IMG/VR virus record: IMGVR_UViG_3300035688_000002
Span: 36,803-100,802 of that record
DNA length: 64,000 bases
Origin: a virus
Reading direction: 5' to 3' (one strand)
Of the stretch, positions 28,192 through 37,280 are shown one piece after another. The position numbers and the translations under genes are program-made. How positions within the stretch are numbered: position 1 is the stretch's first letter; each line of letters opens with the position of its first letter. The notes under the pieces are model-generated. The model searched no databases. It saw nothing but the letters and a program-made list of their open reading frames with translations, and was not told the DNA's origin.

Positions 28192-28410
28192 TTAGACAGC
28201 TCCCTTTAAGTGTAGATTATCTCTAAGCAGCTGTTTTAAATCAACAGACCCATCTCGCGAGCGATTGTGTGCTTCACACATATGATAGGTACCACAAAAC
28301 ATCCCCTGTTTTCTCTTGAAAAAGAATCCCTGCCAGATTTTAGCTTTCGCTGTCGCCTTATTCTTACAATCTTGAACCACACATTTTTTCATTGCCTCAC
28401 TCCTAATCAC
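28192..28410 (-). CDS. Small zinc-finger protein
   Basis: CVVQDC ... MCEAH. Confidence 0.55.
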   Translation of the reverse strand: MIRSEAMKKCVVQDCKNKATAKAKIWQGFFFKRKQGMFCGTYHMCEAHNRSRDGSVDLKQLLRDNLHLKGAV

Positions 28411-28627
28411 TCATTATCGGAGGGAGAGATATCACAATATCTCCCTCTCGCACGATTGAATCCAGTTTCGCTTCTATACCATTGATAATATAACTTCCTT
28501 TGGGACGTTCTTTTAGATCTCCCCGTTCTATGAGCTGCGCCACAGTCATCCCTTCCTCATTTGACTTTAGCTCAATATCTCTGAGTGGCTCTCCTAAATT
28601 AGCAGCTCTTATCTTTCTGACACTCAT
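28403..28627 (-). CDS. Second ubiquitin-like (beta-grasp) protein lacking a C-terminal Gly
   Basis: YIINGIEAKLDSIVREGDIVISLPPIMSD; shares AQLIERG and overall register with 2963-3292; GGAGG RBS before the ATG at 28627. Confidence 0.75.
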   Translation of the reverse strand: MSVRKIRAANLGEPLRDIELKSNEEGMTVAQLIERGDLKERPKGSYIINGIEAKLDSIVREGDIVISLPPIMSD

Positions 28628-28833
28628 TCTGCCTCCTCTGACTCTTTGGGAAAACATTTAGGACATAGCCCTGAGATTGTCCATTCTTTAAAATTTATTC
28701 CACCTAACTCTGTAGTACTCTTTTTGCAACAGATACAGACTTTCTTTTTAATTGCCTCTTCTCTCGTCATTCCAAACAGAGCGACTGCCATAGCGTTTAT
28801 GATTTTCTTAGTATTAATGTTTCCTACCATCAA
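28624..28833 (-). CDS. Small zinc-finger protein
   Basis: CICC ... EW.ISGLCPKC. Confidence 0.65.
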   Translation of the reverse strand: MMVGNINTKKIINAMAVALFGMTREEAIKKKVCICCKKSTTELGGINFKEWTISGLCPKCFPKESEEAE

Positions 28834-29033
28834 TAACCTCTGAAAATGGCAATCACATAGAGGCTTGCAGTTATGTAGGGGCCGCGTCCCTCATGAAAAC
28901 GGGGAGTCCACCAATCATACCAAAAGCCTCTTGGTAACAGTTTTACTCCGTAATTGATACCTTTCTTTCTCCAGACCCAGACAGGGAAGCTCTTGTAAAA
29001 GAGGCAGCCGGCGATAGTTTCAAAAAAAGTCAT
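28830..29033 (-). CDS. Hypothetical aromatic-rich protein
   Basis: AAGGAG RBS; WWTP..H.GRGPY. Confidence 0.55.
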   Translation of the reverse strand: MTFFETIAGCLFYKSFPVWVWRKKGINYGVKLLPRGFWYDWWTPRFHEGRGPYITASLYVIAIFRGY

Positions 29034-29234
29034 CCGTGCCTTTCTCCTTCTATTTGAGACCTGATCCCTGCCAAAATGCCTCTCTATGCCCCTGCGCAGC
29101 CTCCTGGCAGCGATTTTAAGCCGTAGTATGGCTAAAGGAGGGTTCGGAATCTGGTAAAAAGCCTTCTACAGCGCCAAAACGCCCAAAAGGCCACTTTTTC
29201 GATTTTACTCACCATCTTTCTCCAAGACATATAG

Positions 29235-29257
29235 ATTATCAGAACCTCTGTACTTTC
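29235..29257 (-). promoter_or_regulatory. Promoter-like motif GAAA-N13-GATAAT
   Basis: GAAA gtacagaggttct GATAAT CTATAT. Confidence 0.7.
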
Positions 29258-29269
29258 CAGAAACGCAGT

Positions 29270-29665
29270 TCAACTCTTTTTCTCTTCCTGCTTATTAAAT
29301 TTGATTGAGTAGATTTTAGTTCCTTCAAAGCCAGGGATACGTTCATCTAGCTGTTGCAGAGGAAACTCTCTCTCACTCCCAATCAGTTTTAGAATGTCAG
29401 ATTCTCTGATGAATTTTTTACAGGCAATAAAACGCCCCATGATATTCTTCCTAGTTTGAAAAGTGAATGAATCTTTCATTGCACTGTTGAAGAATACGAA
29501 TCCTAGCCTGCCGTTCTCGGCATCCCAAAGAATTATGCATCTCGTTGACTTCTTTCCTACCATCTGTACGGCTAAGGCATTACAGGCTATCCCTGATGCA
29601 TAAAATCGCATAGTAGGACGTGAGGAGTCCATCTTGGTTTTTGCGGTTATTTTTATCCAAGCCAT
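29270..29665 (-). CDS. Small beta-rich putative DNA-binding protein (paralogue family)
   Basis: RPTMRF..GIACNA..ILWD.EN.RLGF. Confidence 0.6.
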   Translation of the reverse strand: MAWIKITAKTKMDSSRPTMRFYASGIACNALAVQMVGKKSTRCIILWDAENGRLGFVFFNSAMKDSFTFQTRKNIMGRFIACKKFIRESDILKLIGSEREFPLQQLDERIPGFEGTKIYSIKFNKQEEKKS

Positions 29666-29869
29666 TCTTTATCTCCTTCTTCAAATTTTCTTTCCCTTAG
29701 AGTCTTTTCCCCAAAGTGCCTTCTTCGATTCCCGCAACATGGGCAAGAGCATCGAACCCTGGTCTTTCTATAGCTCCCAAACATAGCCTTTGGATTGACA
29801 AATTCTTCCTTCTCTTTGGCCTCTTCTACAGTACAATTGTGATAGATTTTGAACACTTTTCTGGCTATT

Positions 29870-30289
29870 TTATTTGCTGTCTTTAGCCTTTTTCCTCTCA
29901 CTTTTTGTCTCCTGACTCCGTTTCCGTAACTTCCTGGCTGCGGTTTTAAGCCCTCCTGATAGAGCCCTTGAGCGACCAGTAGAGATTAGATAGGTTCTCT
30001 GTGCCTTGAACAAGATTCCATGCCTCCTTGCCACTACTCTGAGAGCCTGAAACTCCTTTCCCTGAAAGTATAGAGCAAATCTGTTCCATAGCTCTTTTAT
30101 CTCTCTGACTCCTTCATTCTCGATGACATTCAAAGCCATATCGATCAAAGGAATCGTGTATTTGTCAATGCCTCTTTGTCTGAGATATTCCGTATCTTTT
30201 TTATTAAGGATGCTGAATTTTCTTACACTCATTATGCATATCCCCTTCTGTGGATTTCTATCTCGATGAGTATTATAGTGGTCAAACAA
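29870..30289 (-). CDS. Hypothetical basic protein
   Basis: ORF in the run; likely start MSVRKF. Confidence 0.55.
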   Translation of the reverse strand: MFDHYNTHRDRNPQKGICIMSVRKFSILNKKDTEYLRQRGIDKYTIPLIDMALNVIENEGVREIKELWNRFALYFQGKEFQALRVVARRHGILFKAQRTYLISTGRSRALSGGLKTAARKLRKRSQETKSERKKAKDSK

Positions 30290-30433
30290 AGCTTCTCGGT
30301 TGCAGAATCTTTGCTCTCTATAGATTTTCCCATTAAGATAATGAAATCGTCCATCATGCTTGTCAGAGATTCAATGGTAATCAGCTTGATGGCCTCAGCA
30401 AAGCTAGGCCTTGGTGGTAATGGAAAAGTCTGT

Positions 30434-31072
30434 TTACCCACTTCGTCTCCTCCTTGGGACGGGGCAAGTTGCACAGTCTCCCCAATTACATTTGTTTGAC
30501 ATGACAGAGTAAAGACCTGCTCTTTCACATCTGAAGATATAGCTACATCCCTCTTTGCTTCTGAAACTGCAAGCCTGACATTCATTTGACAGAGCATAGG
30601 TAAGAGATGCGCTACCAAAAGATTCTATAAGCCCTTTTTCATGCGCCACTGTCCTGGCTATCTCACGTCTCTTACAGGAAGCAGCCTTGAAGACAGTGAC
30701 TTTGTAATCCTCTCTGTATCTGCATCTGACAAATAGGTCGGGGTTAGAAAAATTCCACTGCACACCGAGTCTTGCTCCATATCCCATAAAGAATTTACAA
30801 GTCTCTCTGAAGCGAGAGCCATCGCCTCTCAGCCCAGAACACACTGTAGGGCACATTGGATTGACACAGCCTTCAATGTCTCGCAACAGATTGAGAATCC
30901 GTTTCCCAAAGCGGGAACAGTCTTTGCCTTTTGCAGTTCTGAAATCTCGCCTGGGGCTCTGTGGGCACTCAATCAAATCGTCAAATCTGAAGGCAATCAG
31001 CCAGTCAATGAAAGCATCTCCTCCAATGGAGCCGGTCTTAATTGATAGAATTCTTGTATGGGATATGGACAT
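30434..31072 (-). CDS. Cys-rich hypothetical protein
   Basis: Many Cys, including CxxC pairs; GGAGG RBS. Confidence 0.6.
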   Translation of the reverse strand: MSISHTRILSIKTGSIGGDAFIDWLIAFRFDDLIECPQSPRRDFRTAKGKDCSRFGKRILNLLRDIEGCVNPMCPTVCSGLRGDGSRFRETCKFFMGYGARLGVQWNFSNPDLFVRCRYREDYKVTVFKAASCKRREIARTVAHEKGLIESFGSASLTYALSNECQACSFRSKEGCSYIFRCERAGLYSVMSNKCNWGDCATCPVPRRRRSG

Positions 31073-31406
31073 TTCCTCCCTCGTCTATCAGCAGATTGTG
31101 GGATACAAAGGCTACGTTAGCATCAGTCAAATCACTGAGAATTTTCTTGCCTTTCTTGAGATGTCGCATCCAGAAAATAAGATGGACTCCCCACCCTAAT
31201 AGCGTGGCGAACCATAAAAGAAGAATCTTCTGCTGACAGGGAAATCTCAAGATAACGCTCATCCAATATGCTACAAGGCAGAGGACTGATACTATTACAC
31301 ATAGGGTTCCTCTACGAGTATAATTGCTCTTTTTGGCACTCCAAACTTTCGCTCTGTTATACAATTCTTTGTTATACAATTCTTCACTCATGGTTTCTCC
31401 TCTCAA
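31038..31406 (-). CDS. Two-TM membrane protein
   Basis: Two hydrophobic helices. Confidence 0.55.
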   Translation of the reverse strand: MRGETMSEELYNKELYNRAKVWSAKKSNYTRRGTLCVIVSVLCLVAYWMSVILRFPCQQKILLLWFATLLGWGVHLIFWMRHLKKGKKILSDLTDANVAFVSHNLLIDEGGNVHIPYKNSIN

Positions 31407-31800
31407 ATAAAGTATTCAAAGCATCGACCAGAAGCTCAAGACCGCTCCAAAGGCCGATGATAAAGATAAACAGGATCAAGAGAATGAGAAAGAGGGGGAA
31501 TGTAAGAACAATCACTAACGGCCTCAGTCTAAAACTCATGTCGGCCCCTGTCTCCGTCTCTCTGCGCTCTCTGCAATTTGGTGTTTCCGAGCGTTGAGAT
31601 CGACCCCAGGCGGATGGAGACACTTCCAGCATTTAACCTGCGGATGTAGTTGCCATGCGTTCCAGTATCTTGGTAGGTGCTGGAGCACCTTTCTCTTGTT
31701 AGTCCCATAAGCGTAGTATGTCGCTGTTCGACCACAGCCACATTCAATGTCTATGACATAGACACTTATCTTTCTCGGAGTTATCGTTCCTCTCTTCATT

Positions 31801-32592
31801 TCAATCGACCCATCCCCATACAGAGGCGTTCCTGGATATTTCTCTCAACTCACGATTCGCATAGACTCTGTGCCATGTGTCCAAGACGAGAGTCTTATGA
31901 TCTGGGTGCTTGATTTTCCCGCGGACGAAAAACACTCGTATCTTTTTAATTGTCATATGTTGCATTTCATCGGCAATGTGTGGTCTCCCTGTGCCTTCCT
32001 CTATCCTTGCGTTACGAGCTATCATCCACTCTGTCTTGGCCCGCTCTCTCAATTCTCGATTTTCTTTAACTGTAGCTGGAACAAAGAACCATTCTCCCTG
32101 TCTCTTTGCACTCTCCTGTAATTTTCCTCTGTAGGCCACTTGTGGAGGCCTTAGTATCTCGTGTGCTTCTTTAACTGTGTTGAGAGGCCCAAGCAGAGGC
32201 ACCTGTGCAATGAAATAATGAGTCTCATCGAGTCCCATGAGATATTTGCGAAGAGTGGGGCTTGTTTCTCTCCTCTCATCGACCATCTCAAACCTTCTGT
32301 GCCTGCCTCTCCCTGAAACCACTTTCTGCACCTTCACAGTAAAAACCCTGCGAGGCTCCTTGATATGTAAAAGCACCTGTTTGAATTTCGAGTCAGTATC
32401 AAGGACTCTTACCTCATTATGTGGATTTCCACAGTAAATTCCGAAGAATTCCCGTGTTCCACCCTGACCGCCTCGGATAGTCATTTGAAAGACATTCTTA
32501 TTCGAAGTCTGGATTATCGGCTTCTCCGCCACCCAGCATCTGAGACCAAGTCGGTCAAAGGACTCTTTAATCTTGCTTTCTCTCATTCTCAT
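31801..32592 (-). CDS. Conserved phage hypothetical protein
   Basis: LMGLDE.H.FIA, RQGEWFF.P, RPH, V.G...HPDH..L.L..WH. Confidence 0.75.
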   Translation of the reverse strand: MRMRESKIKESFDRLGLRCWVAEKPIIQTSNKNVFQMTIRGGQGGTREFFGIYCGNPHNEVRVLDTDSKFKQVLLHIKEPRRVFTVKVQKVVSGRGRHRRFEMVDERRETSPTLRKYLMGLDETHYFIAQVPLLGPLNTVKEAHEILRPPQVAYRGKLQESAKRQGEWFFVPATVKENRELRERAKTEWMIARNARIEEGTGRPHIADEMQHMTIKKIRVFFVRGKIKHPDHKTLVLDTWHRVYANRELREISRNASVWGWVD

Positions 32593-32932
32593 TTGTTTTC
32601 TCCTTTGTTTCAGTAATTTGTATGCCTTTTTCTTTAAACCAGGGAATCAACCCATAGAGAACGAACTCAAGCACAGCGTCCCACTCTTCATCTGGTAGCT
32701 CTGTAATCATTGTGTGAAGTGGCATTGCTCTTTCACTATCAAAGGCTTTCCTAAAGGCAGTGTGAAAGCCTTCGCCTATCATACTTTTTAAATCTTCTCT
32801 ATCCACTTCTGGCTGGCTTTCGATGAGGCGACGGATGGCCTGTTTTATTGACCATTCATTTTCTATGCTAATATTCTTAACACTTGCAAAATCGAGCCAC
32901 TTAGTTATTATTTCTTTCGTCGGCTTGCTCAT
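32567..32932 (-). CDS. Hypothetical protein
   Basis: AAGGAG RBS. Confidence 0.6.
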   Translation of the reverse strand: MSKPTKEIITKWLDFASVKNISIENEWSIKQAIRRLIESQPEVDREDLKSMIGEGFHTAFRKAFDSERAMPLHTMITELPDEEWDAVLEFVLYGLIPWFKEKGIQITETKEKTNENERKQD

Positions 32933-33093
32933 GGCTTCTCCTTGTGTTCTTCTGGGTTGTGTTCACCAAAATCTAATTCAATTCCTCTTTCATCACATTC
33001 GTTACAAATAAATTCTTTACAGCCATAGCAATAACTCCCCTCATCACATAACTTCCCACAAAAATAACATTTTCCTTTTTTCTTTTCACTCAT
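32929..33093 (-). CDS. B-box/AN1-like zinc-finger microprotein
   Basis: CYFC..CYGC..ICNEC..H....H. Confidence 0.55.
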   Translation of the reverse strand: MSEKKKGKCYFCGKLCDEGSYCYGCKEFICNECDERGIELDFGEHNPEEHKEKP

Positions 33094-33106
33094 CCCGATT
33101 CTCCTT

Positions 33107-33406
33107 TTATTTAATTCGTATGCCTTCTTGTTCAAATCTATCAATTAAGCCCCTCATTAATTTCGCATAGTCAAGCGTTTCCTTGTTGTCTATTATTTCT
33201 TTTGTTAAATCTCTAATAAATGAAATTGAGATTTCTGGCTGGATACTAAGCCGGACAATGGCAGCCTTAAAATTCGTCTCACACTCTTCTTTTGCGGGTT
33301 TGCCGTTGGTCTTCACACAGGTTTCACAGCCTCCTGATATCTGCCTACACATTTGTCTCCAGGTCTCCAGCCAGTGTTTCAAATTCAATTTAATTGGGTC
33401 ACTCAT
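33107..33406 (-). CDS. Hypothetical protein
   Basis: C..CETC..C; RBS present. Confidence 0.55.
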   Translation of the reverse strand: MSDPIKLNLKHWLETWRQMCRQISGGCETCVKTNGKPAKEECETNFKAAIVRLSIQPEISISFIRDLTKEIIDNKETLDYAKLMRGLIDRFEQEGIRIK

Positions 33407-33555
33407 CTCATCACTCCTTTATTTCCGCCTTAGTTCCTTGATGTCTTGAGCTATTGCAACACAGAGCCACACGACCAAGAATATCCTGCCAAACAGGGAG
33501 ATTTCAACTTTAAAGTGCATAAGAACGTGTGCAATTACCAAACATAGAAAGGTTC

Positions 33556-33981
33556 TCATTCTCTGGCTCCTTTGCGGGCTTGGGCTATTCTGTGGTATTT
33601 CCAAGTGCGTTTCCAATTTGACCTCATTGCCACCTCAGAGCAGATAAAAACCAGCGTCATGGCAACTGTAACGGCAATTTTCCCATTAACTTCCTGCCCT
33701 GCACGAAATTGAAGTTTGTTCATCCAAGCCAGTAGTGGAACGACGCTTGCAATCAGAAAATAGAAAGCCTGGAAGACCCAAAACCAAATTCTTAACATTC
33801 GATATCTCATTGGCCCCTCCTCAGTAATTTCTTCGCTCTGGCTGTCTTTCTCAACACATTCTGGGCATTCAATCCACGCTCGAATGATTGTCGAACTAGG
33901 AACCTCTGTTGAAACTGATTTGCCACAGCCATTACATCTTATTCGCATTCCGCTGTCACCGCTTGCTCTTGACTTTTCCAA
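33556..33981 (-). CDS. Zinc ribbon + two-TM protein
   Basis: CNGC..CPEC followed by two hydrophobic helices. Confidence 0.55.
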   Translation of the reverse strand: MEKSRASGDSGMRIRCNGCGKSVSTEVPSSTIIRAWIECPECVEKDSQSEEITEEGPMRYRMLRIWFWVFQAFYFLIASVVPLLAWMNKLQFRAGQEVNGKIAVTVAMTLVFICSEVAMRSNWKRTWKYHRIAQARKGARE

Positions 33982-34082
33982 ACTTTCCGATTAGGAAAGC
34001 GGCAGTAACAAGAACAAAACAGATGATTAGGACTAAATCTGCAATATTGATTTTCATTCGCAACCTCCTTGTGTATAAGCAA

Positions 34083-34176
34083 GGGAGGGCCAGATGCTAA
34101 ATTCTAAGGGGGTTTGATGGTTGATGGGACCATTTTGGACACCCGACCTGGTCGCATTGCACGACACCGGACTCCC
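34083..34176 (-). ncRNA. Possible intergenic structured element
   Basis: Closing GGGAG.CCGG/CTGG..CTCCC and hairpin GTCGT-GCA-ATGCGAC. Confidence 0.4.
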
Positions 34177-34456
34177 TAGCTTATTCATTTTCATTCTTTC
34201 TCATACCCTTACTCAAAAGACTTTGTTGTCTGAGGAAAGAGGCTCTTTCTGTGCCCCCACCGGGGTTGACTGTCAGTCTTTTTTCTCCGAGGGGGATATC
34301 GTCTATCTCTTTCCTCCGTTGATATCCTTTCGAAATTCTCACAAGCAGATGATGGCTGACCCCTCTGTGGGTAACCGTTTCGAGCAGCGCAATTGTAACA
34401 GTGAAACCCATGGCTCATATTCATTTGAGTCCAATTCCTGCACCACACGACTGTTA

Positions 34457-34630
34457 TCACTTTGAAGACACCTCTCGCCCACAACCTTGACAGAAACCGT
34501 CGTGTTTGAGCGTTCCTCCGTAGGAATGGCAGTGTAGGCAGATATTCTCTTGGACTCTCTCACTTTTCCAATTACACGTCTTTTTCATCTTTTTATCCCA
34601 GTTCGCTGGGAAAATCTTTCTCCCTCTCAT
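34457..34630 (-). CDS. Zinc-ribbon microprotein (57 aa, not in ORF track)
   Basis: Manual translation: ..ICLHCHSYGGTLKHDGFCQGCGREVSSK; start overlaps the previous stop (TAATG). Confidence 0.55.
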   Translation of the reverse strand: MRGRKIFPANWDKKMKKTCNWKSERVQENICLHCHSYGGTLKHDGFCQGCGREVSSK

Positions 34631-35076
34631 TACCACACCTCTGCATCAAAATCCATATCTTGGACGCCCATGAATATAGCTATCTGCTTGCCAAATCCCT
34701 GCCCGTGTGTCATGAGATAGACATAAGGATCCTTACTCCAGGCTGAAACAAGCTCTATCGTTATGTCTGTCCGTTTCAGATATATCATAATGGCTGTAAC
34801 GAGCCCACGTGGCCCTTCTCCGGCGTATCCGACACTAAACCCAGTCGCTGTATATTTCGTGCCATCGTTGAAATGAAAGATTGTGTGCTCGTCTGACTCA
34901 AAGTAATTGATATGCTCAATAGCACGAACAGCCCCATGCTCTCTAGCATATTTATCGAGGTTTCTCAAACTGACCTGAGTGACTCCGCCTTCTTCTTCAC
35001 AGTTCAATCGTTTCATTTCAGCCTGCTGTTTTTTCGGAATCAACGGATATTCACCCTTATAGTATGGATTTTTCAT
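34630..35076 (-). CDS. Hypothetical protein
   Basis: TGFSVGYAGEGPRGL conserved-looking motif; AAGGAGG RBS. Confidence 0.7.
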   Translation of the reverse strand: MKNPYYKGEYPLIPKKQQAEMKRLNCEEEGGVTQVSLRNLDKYAREHGAVRAIEHINYFESDEHTIFHFNDGTKYTATGFSVGYAGEGPRGLVTAIMIYLKRTDITIELVSAWSKDPYVYLMTHGQGFGKQIAIFMGVQDMDFDAEVW

Positions 35077-35264
35077 TTAGGCCTCCTTTTTGGAATAGAC
35101 AGCCAGAAGCGCTTTGACAGCACTGACTGCACCTAAGAATTCACTGAGATGGAGATCATCTTTCTTGGGTCTGGTTCTTGCTCTTATCACGATGAGCTTG
35201 TTGATTGTTTCTCGTACAAGATTCGCCTCTTTCTGGGTGAGTTCTGTTGATTTAATGTCTCTCA

Positions 35265-35789
35265 TTAGATTGACCTCTCATGGGGAAATTTGTATTCCAT
35301 TCCAAGAGTCTCAAAAATGCCAACCTCTGTTTGTTTCCCTGTTGGCTCTCCTGTTAGCCTGTCAAACAAGCCATACTGATTGAGACTGAGCTTCTTTTTC
35401 TTTGCCACCGCTCTCATTCTTATATTCAGCACCGCTGAGCCTGTCAGAAAGAGAAGCATTGGCTCAAGCTTAGCTCTGTCACAAAGATAGAAATCGAGCA
35501 GGAATCCCTCATACAGATACTGTGCTTTCCTGTCACCCTTGTTCCCTCCTAGGATTGGCTCACCAAATTTCTCTCGGCACAGCTTGAAAAAGCCCTCATC
35601 TTCGACATTTTCATTCAGGATGGTGACAAAATCAATGTCATTTGCAAACTCACATCCACGCCTATAGCTTCCTGCTGGGATAGTCTGGGCCACACTGTCT
35701 ATCTGAGACCCAACAGAGGCTATAATCGCTTCAGCCTCTGCCTTTGTCATTCGTCTTCCTCTCCTTGTCGATCTCATTTCAGTCCTCAC
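35265..35789 (-). CDS. Minimal family X DNA polymerase (palm + C-terminal domain only)
   Basis: AGSYRRG....DIDF, LDF, LTGS..LN..MR..A, LNQYGLF, E..IF..LG..Y..P.ER. Confidence 0.88.
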   Translation of the reverse strand: MRTEMRSTRRGRRMTKAEAEAIIASVGSQIDSVAQTIPAGSYRRGCEFANDIDFVTILNENVEDEGFFKLCREKFGEPILGGNKGDRKAQYLYEGFLLDFYLCDRAKLEPMLLFLTGSAVLNIRMRAVAKKKKLSLNQYGLFDRLTGEPTGKQTEVGIFETLGMEYKFPHERSI

Positions 35790-35992
35790 GAAACGTCAAA
35801 ATATTCCATACAGATGGCTAACAGATTATCATAATTGCCCGACGTGGCCTTCTTTTTGAATTCGTCAATCTTTTCTTCAGACCAGCCAGCCCTTCTTGCA
35901 GTCTTGACTGCTTTGCCTAAAACAAAGAAAGCATTTCCGTCTTCGCCTGTTAATCTGATTTTTGGTCTTTCGTTTGGCATCTCTTGCCTCAT
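35786..35992 (-). CDS. Conserved phage hypothetical protein
   Basis: LTGEDGNAF.VLG..A..G..SG.YD.LL. Confidence 0.75.
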   Translation of the reverse strand: MRQEMPNERPKIRLTGEDGNAFFVLGKAVKTARRAGWSEEKIDEFKKKATSGNYDNLLAICMEYFDVS

Positions 35993-36240
35993 AACCTACC
36001 CTGTGTTTCTGTGGCAATCTCTCTTGCAGCTGCCATGAGGGATAGACCTTTGTCAAGGACTCTGTTAATGTGTTTGCAATTTTGTCCCTCAATCCTGCCT
36101 CTGAAAATGAAATCTGGGCAATTGCAACCGAGATTTCCAGTCTCCTTGTTTCTCTTTACCTCATACACTTTCCCTGGTTTGCTCTGGCTTCTGACCCGAG
36201 CAACCAACTCAAACTTACTTACTCTCTTTTGTCTTGTCAT
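35989..36240 (-). CDS. SWIM zinc-finger protein
   Basis: Y.V......GCNCPDF..R.....CKHI. Confidence 0.85.
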   Translation of the reverse strand: MTRQKRVSKFELVARVRSQSKPGKVYEVKRNKETGNLGCNCPDFIFRGRIEGQNCKHINRVLDKGLSLMAAAREIATETQGRL

Positions 36241-36267
36241 TTTGACTCCTCCTCTTTCACTATTAAG

Positions 36268-36290
36268 ATTATCAGAGCTTTTCTGTCTTC
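36268..36290 (-). promoter_or_regulatory. Promoter-like motif GAAG-N13-GATAAT
   Basis: GAAG acagaaaagctct GATAAT CTTAATA. Confidence 0.7.
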
Positions 36291-36694
36291 CTGACTCTGG
36301 GAGGAGGCCAGACTTCCTTTGATTGATACATAACTGGCCCCTTTTCTATTGCTTCCTCTAAGAACTCCCAATCTGCGGGGCCAAAAGTCTTTAGCTGGCA
36401 CTGTTTGCGGGTAATGTAAGATGACTCAGGTCTGATGGCCTGAAAACAGAGCAGAATGACAATCTTTCCTTTAGGGGAGGCCAGCATCACGAGCTTGACA
36501 AACACTTCCATGTTTGAGAAAAAGACTATATCATCCGTAGTGACATCCACTCTCCAGGATGAGACACGGATCACATCGAAACCAGGTATTTTATTCTCAA
36601 AGGAGCTTTTGATGGGGCTAAAAGTTGATGGCTTGGGATCAGCGATTGTCTCTTCCGGCCCAAAGACATCTATCGCTTTTTCTTTCTTTTGCAT
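36272..36694 (-). CDS. Hypothetical protein
   Basis: AAGGAGGG RBS. Confidence 0.6.
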   Translation of the reverse strand: MQKKEKAIDVFGPEETIADPKPSTFSPIKSSFENKIPGFDVIRVSSWRVDVTTDDIVFFSNMEVFVKLVMLASPKGKIVILLCFQAIRPESSYITRKQCQLKTFGPADWEFLEEAIEKGPVMYQSKEVWPPPRVRKTEKL

Positions 36695-37110
36695 GAGTCC
36701 CTCCTTGAGGACAGACAGGGTTGCTTTGAAAGGTCAATCAGAAGCATCCTGCCTATGGGGTTTTGGGCCACTGGGAATCTCCAGCCTTTTACGATAGATT
36801 CAATTCCAAAGGCATGGAGTGCCGATTTTATTGACAGCGTGCCATTCTTTCTGAAGTGAAAGTCGCTTCCCTCCGAGACTCCCAAGATACGCAGTGATTC
36901 GCTGTAGCACAGAGCTGCTCCATTCCAGACATGAGTGACTCTCCTTGTCCCAGAGCTGAGATACATATATCCTGCATCATTGGCAAATGAAACAAAAGCC
37001 TCTTTTGCGTGATACCATCTGAAAGACGCTTTCTGTGCTGGTGTTAAACTTAGTGTTTTCATCCCTTTCTCCTTTTCTGATCCTGAAGAGTCCTTATTAC
37101 AGAATAACAA
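36670..37110 (-). CDS. Small beta-rich putative DNA-binding protein (paralogue family)
   Basis: AFVSF..GYMYLS..LCYS....ILGV..LSIKS.L..FGI; likely start MKTLSL. Confidence 0.55.
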   Translation of the reverse strand: MLFCNKDSSGSEKEKGMKTLSLTPAQKASFRWYHAKEAFVSFANDAGYMYLSSGTRRVTHVWNGAALCYSESLRILGVSEGSDFHFRKNGTLSIKSALHAFGIESIVKGWRFPVAQNPIGRMLLIDLSKQPCLSSRRDSCKRKKKR

Positions 37111-37280
37111 AGCCCTGCTACTGCGGCAGCTATGAAAAGACTGAGCCGTGTCACACCATAAAACATCAGTCTTTCAATTTCATTTGTTGGTGTTGCAAAG
37201 CCCCAAAGGAGCCATACAGCCGGCAGATAGGCAAGCCATCCTATAACAGCGGCTTTTATTAGAGCCTTTATAAATTTCAT
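37059..37280 (-). CDS. Two-TM membrane protein
   Basis: Pair of hydrophobic helices. Confidence 0.55.
   Translation of the reverse strand: MKFIKALIKAAVIGWLAYLPAVWLLWGFATPTNEIERLMFYGVTRLSLFIAAAVAGLCYSVIRTLQDQKRRKG

Noticed and set aside
31355-31384. 15-bp tandem duplication (EELYNKELYN)
   Set aside because: Two in-frame copies only; ordinary slippage with no array structure.
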